Assembly: GCA_030167865.1 (NCBI GenBank)
Contig: JALAGF010005397.1
Location: 51,985 to 71,984 of the forward strand
Source: Craspedostauros australis
Taxonomy: Eukaryota
Reading direction: 5' to 3'
Length of the DNA stretch: 20,000 nucleotides
Shown here: positions 18,634 through 20,000 of the stretch, in pieces
How the letters are laid out: the number at the start of each line of letters is the position of its first letter
Numbering within the stretch: position 1 is the first letter of the stretch
Program-made: the position numbers and the translations under genes
The notes under the pieces: model-generated
Seen by the model: the letters and a program-made list of their open reading frames with translations, nothing else
Told to the model about the DNA's origin: nothing
Database searches by the model: none

Positions 18634-19683
18634 TCACCAATCCTGATCAGCAACTGTGGGGGCGGTTCCATTTGCGCTCGCTTGATCACTTCGACTATTG
18701 ATGTTGGTGGTGATGCCATCCGCGGTATTCTGCATTGAGGTTTGTGTCTGCGCCAACACTTGTGCGTTGATGTTTGCGTGCGTGCCAGTGGGACTGACAG
18801 AGCCTCCCGTTGCCTTGTGCAACGATGCCTGATCCATCACATCCTTCAAAGTTACTCGGCTCAGTCCCAGATGAACCGTCAGCAACTTGAATCTCGCCCG
18901 GATGCGTTGCATCTTGTGGATGACATCAATCGCATTGGACGGCGGCTGTGGAGTCGGCACAGAAGCTCCCGTCTCATCCGCTCCCACCACCATTAATGAT
19001 GTTTCTTCACCATCATCGTGTTCCTGCTGGTGGGTTCGAGCATGACTTTGCCTTTGGCCGCTGCTGCCTTCTCCAACCTTGTCTCCCACCTTGTCTCCCA
19101 CCTTGTTTAGATCTCGACTATGGAGCGGCAGAGCGTTGTAGTCGCTGCCAGCAGCTGATCGGAAGAGATTATCCACCGATTCGAAATCATCCAAGGCCGC
19201 ATGCAGCTGTCGCAGATCTCGTGAGATCTTTTCTTGCTTGGTCGCGTTCCATATCGAATGGATCACGCGTGGTGGATGCGGCGTTGCCTGTGGCTGATGA
19301 TGCTGCTGCAATCGTGATGGCGTGGGCCATGCTGCTGCTGCCATCGATGGCGACGATGGCGACGATGATGTTGGTGGCAGCATGGTGTCATTCGCAGACT
19401 CGTTCCCATCCACGACACTCGCAGTGCTCACACCTACGTCTTCGTTCTTGGTGCCAACATTGGCCCCGGTCGATCCATCAAGGATGGATTGTACCTCATC
19501 AGCAAACCCTCGGATGTAACCGAGTTCCACTCCGTACTCAACACCCTTCCGTCTGCCAAGTGCCACACCCTCCTGGAAACCAGCCCGCAAGCCCGCTTCT
19601 CTTCCCTCCTTGTTGCCTCGTTCGATGCAGTCTTGGAAGGGGTCAAGGCACAGGTCATCCCAGTCAGCATCGCCAGTGTTCAT
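18634..19683 (-). CDS. LTO1: LTO1/ORAOV1 homologue (Yae1_N deca-GX3 CIA adaptor for ABCE1/Rli1 maturation), 349 aa
   Basis: Ten Gly at 4-residue spacing (GNKEGREAGLRAGFQEGVALGRRKGVEYGVELGYIRG, 19507-19617), helix MQRIRARFKLLTVHLG and terminal Trp (...QDW*), which favours LTO1 over YAE1. Track start 19722 is GTG; first ATG is 19683. Confidence 0.82.
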   Translation of the reverse strand: MNTGDADWDDLCLDPFQDCIERGNKEGREAGLRAGFQEGVALGRRKGVEYGVELGYIRGFADEVQSILDGSTGANVGTKNEDVGVSTASVVDGNESANDTMLPPTSSSPSSPSMAAAAWPTPSRLQQHHQPQATPHPPRVIHSIWNATKQEKISRDLRQLHAALDDFESVDNLFRSAAGSDYNALPLHSRDLNKVGDKVGDKVGEGSSGQRQSHARTHQQEHDDGEETSLMVVGADETGASVPTPQPPSNAIDVIHKMQRIRARFKLLTVHLGLSRVTLKDVMDQASLHKATGGSVSPTGTHANINAQVLAQTQTSMQNTADGITTNINSRSDQASANGTAPTVADQDW

Positions 19684-20000
19684 GTCGCTGTCGTCACTTC
19701 CTCCTTCGTGACGTCGTGACACTGTGACGTCGTGACGTGTGGTCGTTCCCGTCGTTGTTCTCGTGTCAGTCGCTGTTGGTGGTGATGATGATGTTCTGAG
19801 TCGTACTCGTATGGATGTTTCAGCTCCATCTTCTGAGGAGGGCGTGGAGCACAGTTGCTCGCGTTGTGGCAGTGCGTATCCGAATGGTTCTGTGGTTCTG
19901 TGTTGGATGTGATGTGTTTGGGTGATTGGATCGGTTTGGTATCTTGTTGATGAGATGGGTGGGTGGTAGGTACAGACGAAGTATTTGCATGATAAAAGTA

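Noticed and set aside
1..19683. Five co-oriented genes as an operon or functional cluster
   Set aside because: Eukaryotic genes of unrelated function; with one pair being a tandem duplicate, co-orientation is unremarkable.
81..19727. The many short plus-strand and alternative-frame ORFs (e.g. 661..1011, 5511..6245, 11520..12281, 18948..19727)
   Set aside because: Antisense or off-frame shadows of the five GC-rich minus-strand genes, or random intergenic ORFs, often with GTG/TTG starts; none has recognisable features.

Overview
Eukaryotic nuclear DNA, most likely a diatom or related ochrophyte (GT-AG introns, an ASAFAP-like bipartite plastid presequence). Five protein genes, all on the minus strand: (1) a cupin-motif protein running off the left edge and absent from the ORF track; (2, 3) two tandem oligopeptidase B (S9A, PtrB/OpdB) paralogues with an intron at the same codon and phase but unrelated N-termini (plastid-type presequence versus type II membrane anchor); (4) an uncharacterised 1188-aa, probably nuclear protein made of two copies of [unknown ~200-aa helical domain + linker + NUMOD1/IENR1-like DNA-binding module]; (5) an LTO1/ORAOV1 homologue. 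A 5.9-kb gene-free stretch (12696-18633) holds an ~870-bp repeat element with 11-bp and 23-bp periodic arrays in symmetric order around a unique core, interrupted by two assembly gaps. No tRNA, rRNA, CRISPR array or transposase was recognised. All assignments come from reading the sequence; no database searches were run.
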